Assembly: GCA_041859045.1 (NCBI GenBank)
Contig: JBHELB010000012.1
Location: 32,798-96,797 of the forward strand
Source: Candidatus Hydrogenedentales bacterium
GTDB lineage: Bacteria > Hydrogenedentota > Hydrogenedentia > Hydrogenedentales > SLHB01
DNA: 64,000 nucleotides
Direction: 5' to 3'
Of this stretch, positions 37,892 through 47,202 are shown in pieces; within the stretch, counting starts at the first letter, position 1, and each line of letters starts with the position of its first letter. The position numbers and the translations under genes were made by a program. The notes under the pieces are model-generated. The model searched no databases. It worked only from the letters and a program-made list of their open reading frames with translations, and was not told the DNA's origin.

Positions 37892-37943
37892 GACGCGGTT
37901 CCTGTCCGGATTCGAGGCCTCGCAACGGGCAGCGCGCATGGGG

Positions 37944-38807
37944 TCATGCGCCGCCGAGATCCAACTCTAACAGTACACCGCCTTGCGCGCACTCCGCAAC
38001 CGGCGAAAAACTTCGGCGATGCGCGGGGCACGGCCCCAAACGCCGCAGCGCCTCAAGGTGCGCCGCCGTGCCATAGCCCTTATGCTCGCCAAATCCGTAA
38101 CCGGGGTACTGATGATCGAGTTCGTGCATGACGCGGTCGCGGGTGACCTTGGCCACGATGCTCGCCGCGGCGATGGACTGCGAACGGGCGTCGCCTTTGA
38201 TGATGCGCTTGTGCGGCCAACGACAACCGGGAATCGTAAACCCATCGACGAGCAGAAAATCGGGACTCGGATCGAGTTGTCCCGCGGCCTGAACCATCGC
38301 GGAGTAGTTGGCGGTTTGGATACCCAGGAGATCGATCGTCTCCGGCGGAATCAGCACCACGCCGATGGCGTGTCCGCCTTGGCTTAGCTCGACAAAGAGC
38401 GCCTCGCGCTGTTCGGCCGTCAACTGCTTCGAGTCGTTTAGCCCCGGCACCGGGTGTTTCAGCACGACGGCCGCCGCCGCCAACGGTCCCGCCAAAGGCC
38501 CCCGACCCGCTTCGTCCACGCCGGCAATGCAACGGAAACCGCCATCAACCGCCTCGCGCTCGAAAGACATCATCTCCTCGATACGCGCCGTCTCTCGCGC
38601 CGCGCGATCCATTTGGCGAAGAACGGACTTGTAGATGGATTGGGCGCCCGGACGCGGATCGGTTTCGAGAGCGGCCAAGAACGCGTCGTCGTACGGCGGC
38701 CCCGCCGAAGCCCGCGCGCGAAGTTCGCTCACCCCTGGACGCTGTTCACCCTGTTCCTTCACGAAAGTCTCCTCGTCAATCCCAGGGGGTATTCTACGCC
38801 GACGCAC
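37944..38807 (-). CDS. rnhB: ribonuclease HII (ORF has a ~80-90 aa N-terminal extension; the real start may be internal, near 38570)
   Basis: AGVDEAGRGPLAGPLAAAAVVL catalytic block. The core resembles RnhB. The ORF extends about 90 codons upstream of the usual N-terminus. Confidence 0.75.
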   Translation of the reverse strand: MRRRRIPPGIDEETFVKEQGEQRPGVSELRARASAGPPYDDAFLAALETDPRPGAQSIYKSVLRQMDRAARETARIEEMMSFEREAVDGGFRCIAGVDEAGRGPLAGPLAAAAVVLKHPVPGLNDSKQLTAEQREALFVELSQGGHAIGVVLIPPETIDLLGIQTANYSAMVQAAGQLDPSPDFLLVDGFTIPGCRWPHKRIIKGDARSQSIAAASIVAKVTRDRVMHELDHQYPGYGFGEHKGYGTAAHLEALRRLGPCPAHRRSFSPVAECAQGGVLLELDLGGA

Positions 38808-38909
38808 ACACGTTTTGAATCATGCCCAGGAGTAGTCTGCTGTGGCCCCAAAACAAAGACCCAGGGAGAACCCTCTTGGGCGTCTCCCTGGGTCTAGATC
38901 GTGGTTTGT

Positions 38910-39878
38910 TTATCCTTGCCAACGAGTACGGGCGCAACCCGCCGCGCCGATCACTCCGGCGTCGCCGCCGAGTTCGGCCAGCACGATCTGCGCGCGCTTG
39001 GCGGGTACCTCGAAACACTGCCTCGCCACCGTCTCGCGCAACGGCTCCAGCAGCAACGCGCCCGCCGCCGTCATGCCGCCGTACAGCACAATCTTCTCTG
39101 GATTCAGCAAGTTGATCAGACTCGCAATACCGCAGCCGAGATAACGCCCCGTCTCCGCGAGCACCCATTTCGCGAATTCATCGCCCTGGGTCGCCGCTTC
39201 GGAGATCATCTTGCCCGTGAGCTTGCTTGTGTCCCCTGCGCACGCCGTTGTCAGCGTCGTCGCGCGTCCCGCCTCGATCCCCTCGACGGCCGTGCGCACC
39301 ATGCCCGTCACGCTACCATAGGCCTCGAGGCACCCTCGCGCGCCACAACCGCACAAACGGCCATCGCGCACAATGCACAAATGCCCGGTTTCGGCCGCAG
39401 TGCCGTCAATGCCGCGCATGAGCTTGCCAAACACAATAAGGCCGCCGCCCACGCCCGTGCCGAGCGTCAGCATGCAGACCGTCTCCGCGCCGCGCGCCGC
39501 ACCCGACCAGAACTCGCCGTAGCAAGCGACGTTGGCGTCGTTCTCTACAAACACGGGAAATCCCATACGATGCGTCATCAGTTCGGCCAGCGGCACGTGG
39601 TGCCAACCGGGCAGATTGGGCGGCGTGTAGACAACACCGGTCTGCCAGTTCATCGGCCCCGGCGCGCCAATCGCCCCGGCGCACACGTCGGCGCGTGTCA
39701 TGCCCGCCTGGCTGAGCGCGCTGTCAATCGACGCCTCCATGGCGGCCATCACGGCCTCCGGCCCGCCCGGCGCGTTGGTTTCGCGCGAGTCACGCGAAAT
39801 AAGTTTTCCCTCTGCCGTCACCACCGCGCTACGCGCGTTGGTACCGCCCAAGTCCACGCCGATAAACACCTGACTCAC
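38910..39878 (-). CDS. glk: ROK-family glucokinase
   Basis: GVDLGGTNARSAVV ATP-binding start. ROK zinc motif CGCGARGCLEAYGS. The stop overlaps the gltX region. Confidence 0.8.
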   Translation of the reverse strand: MSQVFIGVDLGGTNARSAVVTAEGKLISRDSRETNAPGGPEAVMAAMEASIDSALSQAGMTRADVCAGAIGAPGPMNWQTGVVYTPPNLPGWHHVPLAELMTHRMGFPVFVENDANVACYGEFWSGAARGAETVCMLTLGTGVGGGLIVFGKLMRGIDGTAAETGHLCIVRDGRLCGCGARGCLEAYGSVTGMVRTAVEGIEAGRATTLTTACAGDTSKLTGKMISEAATQGDEFAKWVLAETGRYLGCGIASLINLLNPEKIVLYGGMTAAGALLLEPLRETVARQCFEVPAKRAQIVLAELGGDAGVIGAAGCARTRWQG

Positions 39879-41356
39879 GCCTTGACCTCCTGTACTGACT
39901 GAATAACTTCGGCGGCGCGTTCAAGACGCGCCAGACATTCCTCGCGCCCCAACAACTCGGCCAACTCGAACAACCCCGGGCCCACGCTCTTCCCCGTCAG
40001 CGCCAAGCGCGTGGGATGTACGTAATGCCCGAGCGAACCGCCAGACATCGCCACCAAATTTTCGAACGCGGCCTTGAGCGTGTCATGGGTCCACTCGGAG
40101 ACCGAATCGACCGCCGTACGGATAGCCTGCATGCGGGCAGGCGCCTCGGCGTTCTTCCAATGCTTATTGACCGCCTTCTCCTCATATTCCTGCGGCGTGG
40201 AGAAGAAGAAGTCCGTGTAACCGACAATGTCGGCGAGGGTCGAAATCTTCTCCTGGCAGATCGCGGCCATTTTCGTCAGCCATTCCGGCGATTTCGTCGA
40301 AGTATCCAACCCGGCGCGCTGCATGAACGGAATAACCCGGTCGCGCAGCTCTTCCGGAGACAATCGGCGCAGGTGCTGGCCGTTCAGCCACTGGAGTTTC
40401 TTCAAGTCGAACTTCGCGGCCGACTGCCCCAGACGGTCCAACGTGAACGCTTCGACCAGCTCGTCCCGAGTAAACAGCTCACGGCCTTCCTCGGCGGGCG
40501 TCCAGCCAAGCAACACCACGTAGTTGATCAGCGCCTCCGGCAGATAGCCGTCTTCGCGCCAATCGAGCACGTTCGCGCCACGCATACGCTTGCTGTACTT
40601 TCGGCCTTGCTCGTCGAGCACCAGCGGCAAGTGCGCGAACTGCGGCAGCGGATACCCAAGCGCCTGGAACAACAACACGTGCCGCGCCGCGTTCGTCAGG
40701 TGGTCGTCGCCGCGAATCACGTGCGTGATCTGCATCAACCCGTCGTCCACCACCACGGCGAGATGGAAAATCGGATCGCCGTTTGATTTCGCGATGATGA
40801 AGTCGTCTATCTCGCGGTTGTCGATGCGCACAACGCCGCGCACAAGATCGTTGATCTCGGTCACGCCCTCGGGTACCCGAAACCGAATCGCGTACGGCGC
40901 GTCGCCCATTGCGGCGATTTTCTCCGGCGACGCATCGCGCCAAGTACCGTCGTAACGGGGCGGACGTTTCTCCGCCGCGGCGCGCTCGCGCATGGCTTCG
41001 ATCTCTTCCGGCGTGCAGAAGCACTTATACGCCTTCCCCTCGGCAAGCAGGCGTTGGGCCTCGCGCACGTGCAAGTCGCGCCGCTGGGATTGACGGTACG
41101 GACCAAGTGCGCCTTTCTCCGGCTGGCCGCCGAATTCAGGGCCTTCATCCCAGTCGATGCCGAGCCACTGAAACCCGTCGCACATCGCGTCGGCGAATTC
41201 CTCGCTGCTGCGCTCGGCGTCGGTGTCTTCGAGCCGCAGAATGAACACGCCGCCGGTCTTGCGTGCGTAGAGCCAGTTGAACAACGCCATCTTGGCCGTA
41301 CCGATATGCAGAAAACCCGTCGGCGATGGCGCAATACGAACCCGGACCGTACTCAT
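39875..41356 (-). CDS. gltX: glutamate--tRNA ligase
   Basis: VRVRIAPSPTGFLHIGTAKMALFNW is the HIGH-region block. KYSKRM-like KMSKS region. The start is trimmed to MSTVRVR; the six-frame ORF starts 26 codons earlier. Confidence 0.9.
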   Translation of the reverse strand: MSTVRVRIAPSPTGFLHIGTAKMALFNWLYARKTGGVFILRLEDTDAERSSEEFADAMCDGFQWLGIDWDEGPEFGGQPEKGALGPYRQSQRRDLHVREAQRLLAEGKAYKCFCTPEEIEAMRERAAAEKRPPRYDGTWRDASPEKIAAMGDAPYAIRFRVPEGVTEINDLVRGVVRIDNREIDDFIIAKSNGDPIFHLAVVVDDGLMQITHVIRGDDHLTNAARHVLLFQALGYPLPQFAHLPLVLDEQGRKYSKRMRGANVLDWREDGYLPEALINYVVLLGWTPAEEGRELFTRDELVEAFTLDRLGQSAAKFDLKKLQWLNGQHLRRLSPEELRDRVIPFMQRAGLDTSTKSPEWLTKMAAICQEKISTLADIVGYTDFFFSTPQEYEEKAVNKHWKNAEAPARMQAIRTAVDSVSEWTHDTLKAAFENLVAMSGGSLGHYVHPTRLALTGKSVGPGLFELAELLGREECLARLERAAEVIQSVQEVKA

Positions 41357-41455
41357 GATGCCTCCCTTATAGCTGGTTCTCCGGACGGAGAAACAAGGGC
41401 ATACGGTACACGAAACGGGCTGTGCAATGCACATTGAAGCGCCGCGCCGTCGGTC

Positions 41456-41743
41456 TCAGGCCGGATTTTTCGCCGCATCCCGGTTCAGGCGGTACACAAA
41501 TGCGAGGATTTCGGCCACGGCCTTATACAGGTCTTCGGGAATCGCGGTATCGATGTCGAGTTTCGAGAGGATCGTGACGAGATCGGGGTCTTCGTGGATA
41601 TGAACGCCGTGCTCGCGGGCCAGTTCAAGAATGCGCTCGGCGAGGAGTCCGCTGCCTTTTGCGGCAATACGCGGCGCGGCGTCACGCTGCGCGTCGTAGC
41701 GCAGAGCAACCGCCCGTTTGCGTGGTAAGCGCGGTTTCTCCAT
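41456..41743 (-). CDS. FlhB C-terminal-domain-like protein (YscU/FlhB export-switch-domain homologue, stand-alone)
   Basis: MEKPRLPRKRAVALRYDAQRDAAPRIAAKGSGLLAERILELAREHGVHIHEDPDLV matches the FlhB/YscU C-terminal block. It lies 5 nt downstream of the FliK-like gene. Confidence 0.65.
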   Translation of the reverse strand: MEKPRLPRKRAVALRYDAQRDAAPRIAAKGSGLLAERILELAREHGVHIHEDPDLVTILSKLDIDTAIPEDLYKAVAEILAFVYRLNRDAAKNPA

Positions 41744-41747
41744 CGCT

Positions 41748-42944
41748 TTACGCCCCCACGTCGAGGCCGCCGAGGCCCGCGAACAGGTCCGAGATGGCCT
41801 CGAGGCGATTGCCTTGCCACAACACGGCGCGCACTTCGGCACGCGCGTAGCCCGCTTCTCCCAGCGCTGCGGAAAGTGTCTGCGCCGCTTCGTTAATACG
41901 CGAGACCGTCTCCTCGGAACCCGCGCGGAACGTGCATTGGCAGTGCCCGCGCACGGCACGCAGCGTCACCCACAAATCGCCGAGGTGTGTCGTGCTCAGA
42001 TCGAGGACCAGCGAGGCGTTTTCCGCATCGAAGGGTTCGCCGCGTCCCTGGCCGCCGAGCAGATGCACCAGCGCCCGGCGTATAGGAGACTGTTCAGGGA
42101 AAGGCACTTCAAAAAACACGTAGGGCAACTCGGTTCCGCGGAGATTCTGCAGGTGACTGCCTGTTAAGCGGTCCAGTACCGCCGAGAGCCGCGACGAAAA
42201 CTCCTCGAATTGACCCGCCGCCCGCAGGCGTTCCGCCAACTCTGGATCGTCGCGCAAGGCGAGTATTTGTGCCCGAAGATCGTTGGACAACGGGGCGGTG
42301 TCGTCACTCAACGCGAGACGCGCCTCGATGGGCCTCGCAGCCTGTTCGCTCCATCGGCGCGCCCATGCACGCAGCCGCTCGGCGTCAATGCCGGGCAACT
42401 GCGCCAACAACGAGGTCAGCCCGGCGGCCTTTCCGGGCTCCAAGAAGCCTGCGGCGGCGAGTTGCTGCGCCATTCGGGCAAGGTTGTCGAGCGCGGACCC
42501 GAGGTCCTGTCGCGCGAGAAAGAGGCTCAACAGTTGCCGCATCGCGTCCGCCGGAAGCGGCGGTTGGTTGGGCAACACGGCCTGGGCCGCAGTCATGGAC
42601 TCGGCATCCGTTGCGCCGAGTTGGGCAAGCGCGGCCAACAGCGGCGCGGCGAGTCCGGCGGTTCCGGTGGTGGAAGAAGGCACTGGGGTCGCGGCCTGCG
42701 GCGTAACGCGTAAGGCCAAACCGTGGGCGGTCTGTTGCACTTCCACCTGAACCCGCTGCCCCGGACTCAGCCCCGAATCCGCGGCAACAGGCACGCGCGC
42801 GCCCGCAATCTGAAGCGCGAGTCCATCCCCCTGGGCCAGTACGCGGGAGGAAAGCACTTGGCCGGGACGCAGCGTGGGGGCGGCTTGAGTCAGCGGAACT
42901 GAAAGCGCGGGCGAAATGCCCCCTGGGCCCGGGAGGCCGCCCAC
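41748..42944 (-). CDS. flagellar hook-length control protein FliK-like
   Basis: Pro/Ala/Gln-rich N-terminal region. The C-terminal block LDLSTTHLGDLWVTLRAVRGHCQCTFRAGSEETVSRINEAAQTLSAALGEAGY resembles the FliK C-terminal domain. Located in a flagellar gene run. Confidence 0.5.
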   Translation of the reverse strand: MGGLPGPGGISPALSVPLTQAAPTLRPGQVLSSRVLAQGDGLALQIAGARVPVAADSGLSPGQRVQVEVQQTAHGLALRVTPQAATPVPSSTTGTAGLAAPLLAALAQLGATDAESMTAAQAVLPNQPPLPADAMRQLLSLFLARQDLGSALDNLARMAQQLAAAGFLEPGKAAGLTSLLAQLPGIDAERLRAWARRWSEQAARPIEARLALSDDTAPLSNDLRAQILALRDDPELAERLRAAGQFEEFSSRLSAVLDRLTGSHLQNLRGTELPYVFFEVPFPEQSPIRRALVHLLGGQGRGEPFDAENASLVLDLSTTHLGDLWVTLRAVRGHCQCTFRAGSEETVSRINEAAQTLSAALGEAGYARAEVRAVLWQGNRLEAISDLFAGLGGLDVGA

Positions 42945-42945
42945 G

Positions 42946-43707
42946 TCAGTGGCCTTTGTCTTTGCGCAGGCTGAGGATCAACCGCACCTCGCCTTTGCCG
43001 ATCCCGAGTTCCTGGGCGATCTGGGGAATGCTCATGCCCGCGTCGCAATACTGATAGACCCTGGCCTGAAGCGGCGTCAGCTTGGTCTGGCCGTTGCCGC
43101 CGGCTTGCGCGGCGGCAGGCGCGGGCCGAGGCGCAACGGGCGCTGCCGCAGGCACCGGTTCCGACTGCAAGTCCAGCAGCGTGCGGAAGGCATCCCGCGT
43201 CGCTTCGGCATCGCCGGGTTCCACGGGCGGTGCCTCTGGTACGTCAAAGGCGTGCGGATCGGGGGCATCGCCAACGAGATCGAGCCCCACCCAGCGCTCG
43301 GATTCTGGAATATAGCCATACGGGAGATCTAGCTGAGCCGTTGCAGACCCTTCGGACTCGGGCGCAAACGTTTCCGGCGCGGGGGGCGGCGTCAAGCGCT
43401 CGGCGCGTAGCGCTTCCACCTCCTGCCGTAGGGTCTCGACGGTCTTCACGAGTTCCGGAAATCGCCTGGAAGCGTCGCGGACGCGCTGAGAGAGCACCTT
43501 CTGCTGCTCAAGGATGTCGCGGACGGTCTGGAAGAGAATCGCGAGTTGCGTCCGATCCACTTGGCGGGCGCGAAGTTGGTACCTGAAGCGGCTGACAGTG
43601 CGGCGCAACGTCAGAAAGATCGCTCCGACGGCACACACGGCTCCTAGAAGGAACACTGCCGCCCAGAGCAGGGTGTCCAGCCGCATTAGGTTTCCGATTT
43701 CGCCCAT
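42946..43707 (-). CDS. membrane-anchored coiled-coil protein with a C-terminal LuxR/sigma-region-4-like HTH (putative flagellar-locus regulator)
   Basis: Starts MGEIGNLMRLDTLLWAAVFLLGAVCAVGAIFLTL (one TM helix). Coiled-coil VETLRQEVEALRAERL. C-terminal KLTPLQARVYQYCDAGMSIPQIAQELGIGKGEVRLILSLR HTH. The trimmed start is uncertain. Confidence 0.5.
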   Translation of the reverse strand: MGEIGNLMRLDTLLWAAVFLLGAVCAVGAIFLTLRRTVSRFRYQLRARQVDRTQLAILFQTVRDILEQQKVLSQRVRDASRRFPELVKTVETLRQEVEALRAERLTPPPAPETFAPESEGSATAQLDLPYGYIPESERWVGLDLVGDAPDPHAFDVPEAPPVEPGDAEATRDAFRTLLDLQSEPVPAAAPVAPRPAPAAAQAGGNGQTKLTPLQARVYQYCDAGMSIPQIAQELGIGKGEVRLILSLRKDKGH

Positions 43708-43777
43708 GTTGCGTGTGTGTGCGAGGCTATGCCCCGTTTCCCCAGCGTTGCCGCCCGCCGCCCCCAGGACGCGGCGG

Positions 43778-44110
43778 TCAGATGGTAATGTCCAGTTGAC
43801 GCCCTTCTTCGCTCTCGCCGGTTTCGGTATGCACCTCGGCATCGTACAGCATTTGCGTAGGCGCGTTCGGCGCGGGCTGCCGTTTCCGTTTTCGCTGGTC
43901 CGGGTTGCGCCGGCGTCCCTGCGCGTCCACCTGCTCACTTTGCGCGTGCGGCGTTTGCTGCACCGACGTTTCGACCGCCACACGATTCGCCTCGACCTGC
44001 GCCGCCAAACGTTGCTGCGCCGCCAACGAGGCGCGATCCATCACCTGCTGCACGCGCTCTGCGGCAGCGATGCGGGCGGTCTCGGTCTGTAAGTCGATGG
44101 GTTGAGGCAT
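43778..44110 (-). CDS. hypothetical 110-aa Gln/Ala/Arg-rich protein translationally coupled to fliA (candidate sigma-28 partner or anti-sigma factor; positional inference only)
   Basis: Its ATG lies 2 nt after the fliA stop, with GGGAGG 6 nt upstream. No recognisable family. Confidence 0.5.
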   Translation of the reverse strand: MPQPIDLQTETARIAAAERVQQVMDRASLAAQQRLAAQVEANRVAVETSVQQTPHAQSEQVDAQGRRRNPDQRKRKRQPAPNAPTQMLYDAEVHTETGESEEGRQLDITI

Positions 44111-44112
44111 CG

Positions 44113-44859
44113 TCAGCCTCCCTGCATGGCCTTGCGCAAGGTTTTCATCGCGGCGCTGTGGATTTGACAGATCCGCGACTCCGAAACCTCGAGCACCATG
44201 CCCACTTCTTTGAGGGTCAATTCCTCATAATAATATAAGTTTAACACCTTTTGCTGCTGTTCGGGGAGTTTGAGAATCGCGTCGACGATGCGATCCAGCC
44301 GTTCTTTCTCCACCGCGACCGCCTCGGGGCCCGCCACCGTTGCGTCGGCGGTCACGTCGACTTTGCGCGCATGGGCGCTGTCCTCGGACGGCAAGTAGTC
44401 GTCGAGAGAGAGCATTTGCACGGCCTGGAGCTGGGCCATCGCATCCTCGACCTGTTCGGGCGTCGAGCCGATTACCTCCGCCACGGCTTCCGCGGAAGGT
44501 TCGCCGCCTTGCTGGTGCCGAAGCTGCTCGCGGGCGCTCCCCATTTTACGAGCCATCGTGCGTAGCGACCGCGGGGCCCAGTCGAGCGATCGGATCTGAT
44601 CGAGGATCGCGCCGCGTACGCGGATGGATGCATAGGTGCTGAATTTCACGTCTTGCTTCGGATCGAATTTTTCGACGGCGTCGATGAGTCCGAGGACGCC
44701 CCAGCCGATGAGGTCATCGAGGTCCACGCTCGACGGAACGTGCATCGCCATGCGCCCGGCGATGTAGTTCACCACCTGCATGTTCTGGACAATCAAGCGC
44801 TCGCGCGCCGACTCGTCGCCGCGCTCTTTCCATTGTGTCCAGAGGGTCCGATCGTCCAT
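44113..44859 (-). CDS. fliA: flagellar sigma factor sigma-28 (FliA/WhiG family)
   Basis: Region 2 block VVNYIAGRMAMHVP...DLIGWGVLGLIDAVEKFD. Region 4 HTH LTLKEVGMVLEVSESRICQIHSAAMKTLR. 248 aa. Confidence 0.85.
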   Translation of the reverse strand: MDDRTLWTQWKERGDESARERLIVQNMQVVNYIAGRMAMHVPSSVDLDDLIGWGVLGLIDAVEKFDPKQDVKFSTYASIRVRGAILDQIRSLDWAPRSLRTMARKMGSAREQLRHQQGGEPSAEAVAEVIGSTPEQVEDAMAQLQAVQMLSLDDYLPSEDSAHARKVDVTADATVAGPEAVAVEKERLDRIVDAILKLPEQQQKVLNLYYYEELTLKEVGMVLEVSESRICQIHSAAMKTLRKAMQGG

Positions 44860-45812
44860 TACCCGCCCAAACTTTGTATACGGGCCTGCGGACTGATGAT
44901 TTCCGTGATCCGCAACCCGAACTTTTCATCCACCACGACGACATCGCCGCGTGCCACGAGCTTGTCGTTGACGAGCAGTTCAACGGGCTCATCCACAAGG
45001 TGCCCGACCTCGATGATCGACCCAGGCCCCAAGGCGAGAATTTCGCTAATCGGCATCTCGACCCGCCCCAAGCGTGCAGTGGCCACGAGGCGAATATCGA
45101 GGACCATTTCGATATTGCTGGGCATGCGGGCTGGGGGAACTTCCGGCGCAGGCGGCGGCGGGGATGCGGCAGGCTGACCGCCCGTAACTTGGGACAAGAT
45201 ATCGCCCACTTCGTCTTGACTCAACAGTGGCTCGCTGGCTTCCTGTTTGCCCGCATCCATGCTTTGTTTCTCCTGCGGAATCACGTCCTCGAGTTGCCGG
45301 GAAAACAGCAGTACTCCGCCGCCTTGGATACTGGGTAGTATCGGCGCGCGAAACGATGCGGCCGCCGCCGCGTCGCCGAGCACTTCCGCCAGCAAGCCGA
45401 CCGCTTCGGCGCCGCCCGGCGATACCGCGAAGCCCTGCAACACGAGTTCGCGCCCATAGGCCTCTTTGAAATGGCTCACCCCCCCGCCCATGCAGGGATC
45501 GAAGACGTCTCTGTAACCGGCGAGGTCCTCGACGCTGGGAGTTTCTTCCGGCGTGGGCTCCTCGCCCATCACCAACTGCGCGATCGCCATTGCGTCGCCG
45601 CCGTTCATCAATACCGCGATCCCGCCGCCGCCCTGAATCCGGGCGTGCAACACCACGCCGTACGTGGATAGGGATTCCAGCAGTCGATCCGGCGTTAACA
45701 CCTCGGCGTCGTCCGCGGTGAACGGCACATCGGCCGTCAGCAACGCGCCGATCACATCGCAATACCCCTTCAGAAACCCTGCGGCGAAGGTATCGGCGGC
45801 CGTCCTGCTCAT
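44859..45812 (-). CDS. fliN: flagellar motor switch protein, FliY type (CheC-like domain fused to a FliN/SpoA C-terminal domain)
   Basis: C-terminal SpoA block LDIRLVATARLGRVEMPISEILALGPGSIIEVGHLVDEPVELLVNDKLVARGDVVVVDEKFGLRITEI. A CheC-like N-terminal region precedes it. Its stop abuts the fliA start. Confidence 0.75.
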   Translation of the reverse strand: MSRTAADTFAAGFLKGYCDVIGALLTADVPFTADDAEVLTPDRLLESLSTYGVVLHARIQGGGGIAVLMNGGDAMAIAQLVMGEEPTPEETPSVEDLAGYRDVFDPCMGGGVSHFKEAYGRELVLQGFAVSPGGAEAVGLLAEVLGDAAAAASFRAPILPSIQGGGVLLFSRQLEDVIPQEKQSMDAGKQEASEPLLSQDEVGDILSQVTGGQPAASPPPPAPEVPPARMPSNIEMVLDIRLVATARLGRVEMPISEILALGPGSIIEVGHLVDEPVELLVNDKLVARGDVVVVDEKFGLRITEIISPQARIQSLGG

Positions 45813-45848
45813 GGCGTTCCTTTCGCGGTCTTGTAAATTGCCAGTCGC

Positions 45849-46835
45849 TTAATCATCGCGCTCGACGCTCACCAACTGGATCGCGCTTTGCTCGCCCAAC
45901 CGCCCCGGCGCGGCCTTGAAGCGGCCCAGGGTCCCAACCTCGACGTTAATCGGCTCCTTCACGTCGGAGTCGAGTTGGATCACATCGCCCACCTGCAAGT
46001 GAGCCACTTCGCTCAGCGGTAACACGGCATGGCCGAGAATCGCGTCCACGGGGATGGTCACATGCCGCAGCGTGCGAACAATCTGTTCGCGCGTGCGTTG
46101 GGCCATCGCCGCCGACATTTTGCGAATGTACCGCGTCTGTTGTGAGATTTGATCGAGCACGGGGTTCAACACCAGCAGCGGAATGCACATATTCATCGTG
46201 CCCACGCTGTCGCCGATGTGCATTTCATACCCGACCAGGATAACCATTTCGCTGCCCGCCACGATCTGCACAATCAGCGGGTCGCTTTCCATCGCCTGCA
46301 CGCTCATGCGGAACTCGATCAACTGAACCCAGGAACGTTTCCAACAATCGAGGATCATCAACACGACGCGGTTCACGACGCGGTTCTCGATCTCGGTGAG
46401 TTCGCGTGAACGGTCGAACCCTGCGCCTTTGCCGCCGAGCAGGCGATCCACCATTGGAAACACGATGGCGGGGTTCAGTTCGACCACCGCCTTGCCCTCG
46501 AGCGGGGCCATGTCGATGATGGACAACGAAGTGGGCCGCGCCACCGACAGGATAAATTCGTCGTAGGTCAGTTGGTCGATCGCCATCAGGTCCACGCGCA
46601 CGACGCTGCGCAGGAATGGCGGGAGAATAATGCTCAACTCGCGCGCAAACGCTTCGAATAGACTCTGAAGTCCCTTGAACTGCTCTTTTGATACACGCTC
46701 GGGACGGCGGAAGTCATACGTACTCATGTCGCGCGCTTCCACGGAGGAGAAGTCGCGTTCTTCGACCTGAATCTCGCCCTTGGAGACCGCGCCAAGGAGC
46801 AGATCTATTTCGTCCTGGCTCAGAATATCCGCCAT
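45849..46835 (-). CDS. fliM: flagellar motor switch protein FliM
   Basis: MADILSQDEIDLLL N-terminus (CheY-P binding peptide). FliM middle domain. 328 aa. Confidence 0.85.
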   Translation of the reverse strand: MADILSQDEIDLLLGAVSKGEIQVEERDFSSVEARDMSTYDFRRPERVSKEQFKGLQSLFEAFARELSIILPPFLRSVVRVDLMAIDQLTYDEFILSVARPTSLSIIDMAPLEGKAVVELNPAIVFPMVDRLLGGKGAGFDRSRELTEIENRVVNRVVLMILDCWKRSWVQLIEFRMSVQAMESDPLIVQIVAGSEMVILVGYEMHIGDSVGTMNMCIPLLVLNPVLDQISQQTRYIRKMSAAMAQRTREQIVRTLRHVTIPVDAILGHAVLPLSEVAHLQVGDVIQLDSDVKEPINVEVGTLGRFKAAPGRLGEQSAIQLVSVERDD

Positions 46836-47174
46836 GCCGCCTCACCCCATGTCGTTCGGCCGTTGTCGGCCAAAACTCGGGTTTCCTCCGGAGTCCGCGC
46901 ACAGAATTCACGCGAAACTGGCGCAAGCCGTCCACCGCGCCCGAAGCCGATCGTGCGCGCGGACAGACCCGTGCGCGGCGAGTATAGCATAGGACTATGG
47001 AACGCGCAACCGCTCAGAAACCCTAAGCCCATGAAATTCGGCTAGATACGAAGCGAGCCGCCGTGCGTCAACCTTTGGGCCTGCCCGGCGTTTCTAGAGG
47101 TGAAGTGAGCGTACACCCCGCATCTCCCCATGCGACGCTCGCAGCCTCCTCCTTCGCTGCAGAGGGGCTGGCCC

Positions 47175-47190
47175 AAGAGGCCGGCCTCTT
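47175..47190. terminator. perfect 16-nt GC-rich palindrome AAGAGGCCGGCCTCTT between the secreted-protein gene and the fliM promoter region (possible insulator or terminator)
   Basis: 8-bp stem with no loop, 12 nt downstream of the minus-strand gene's stop. No clear U-tract. Confidence 0.3.
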
Positions 47191-47202
47191 CTGCATTTGT
47201 AC

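Noticed and set aside
38901-39902. 333-aa plus-strand ORF opposite the ROK glucokinase
   Set aside because: It is antisense to a gene with GVDLGGTN and ROK zinc motifs.
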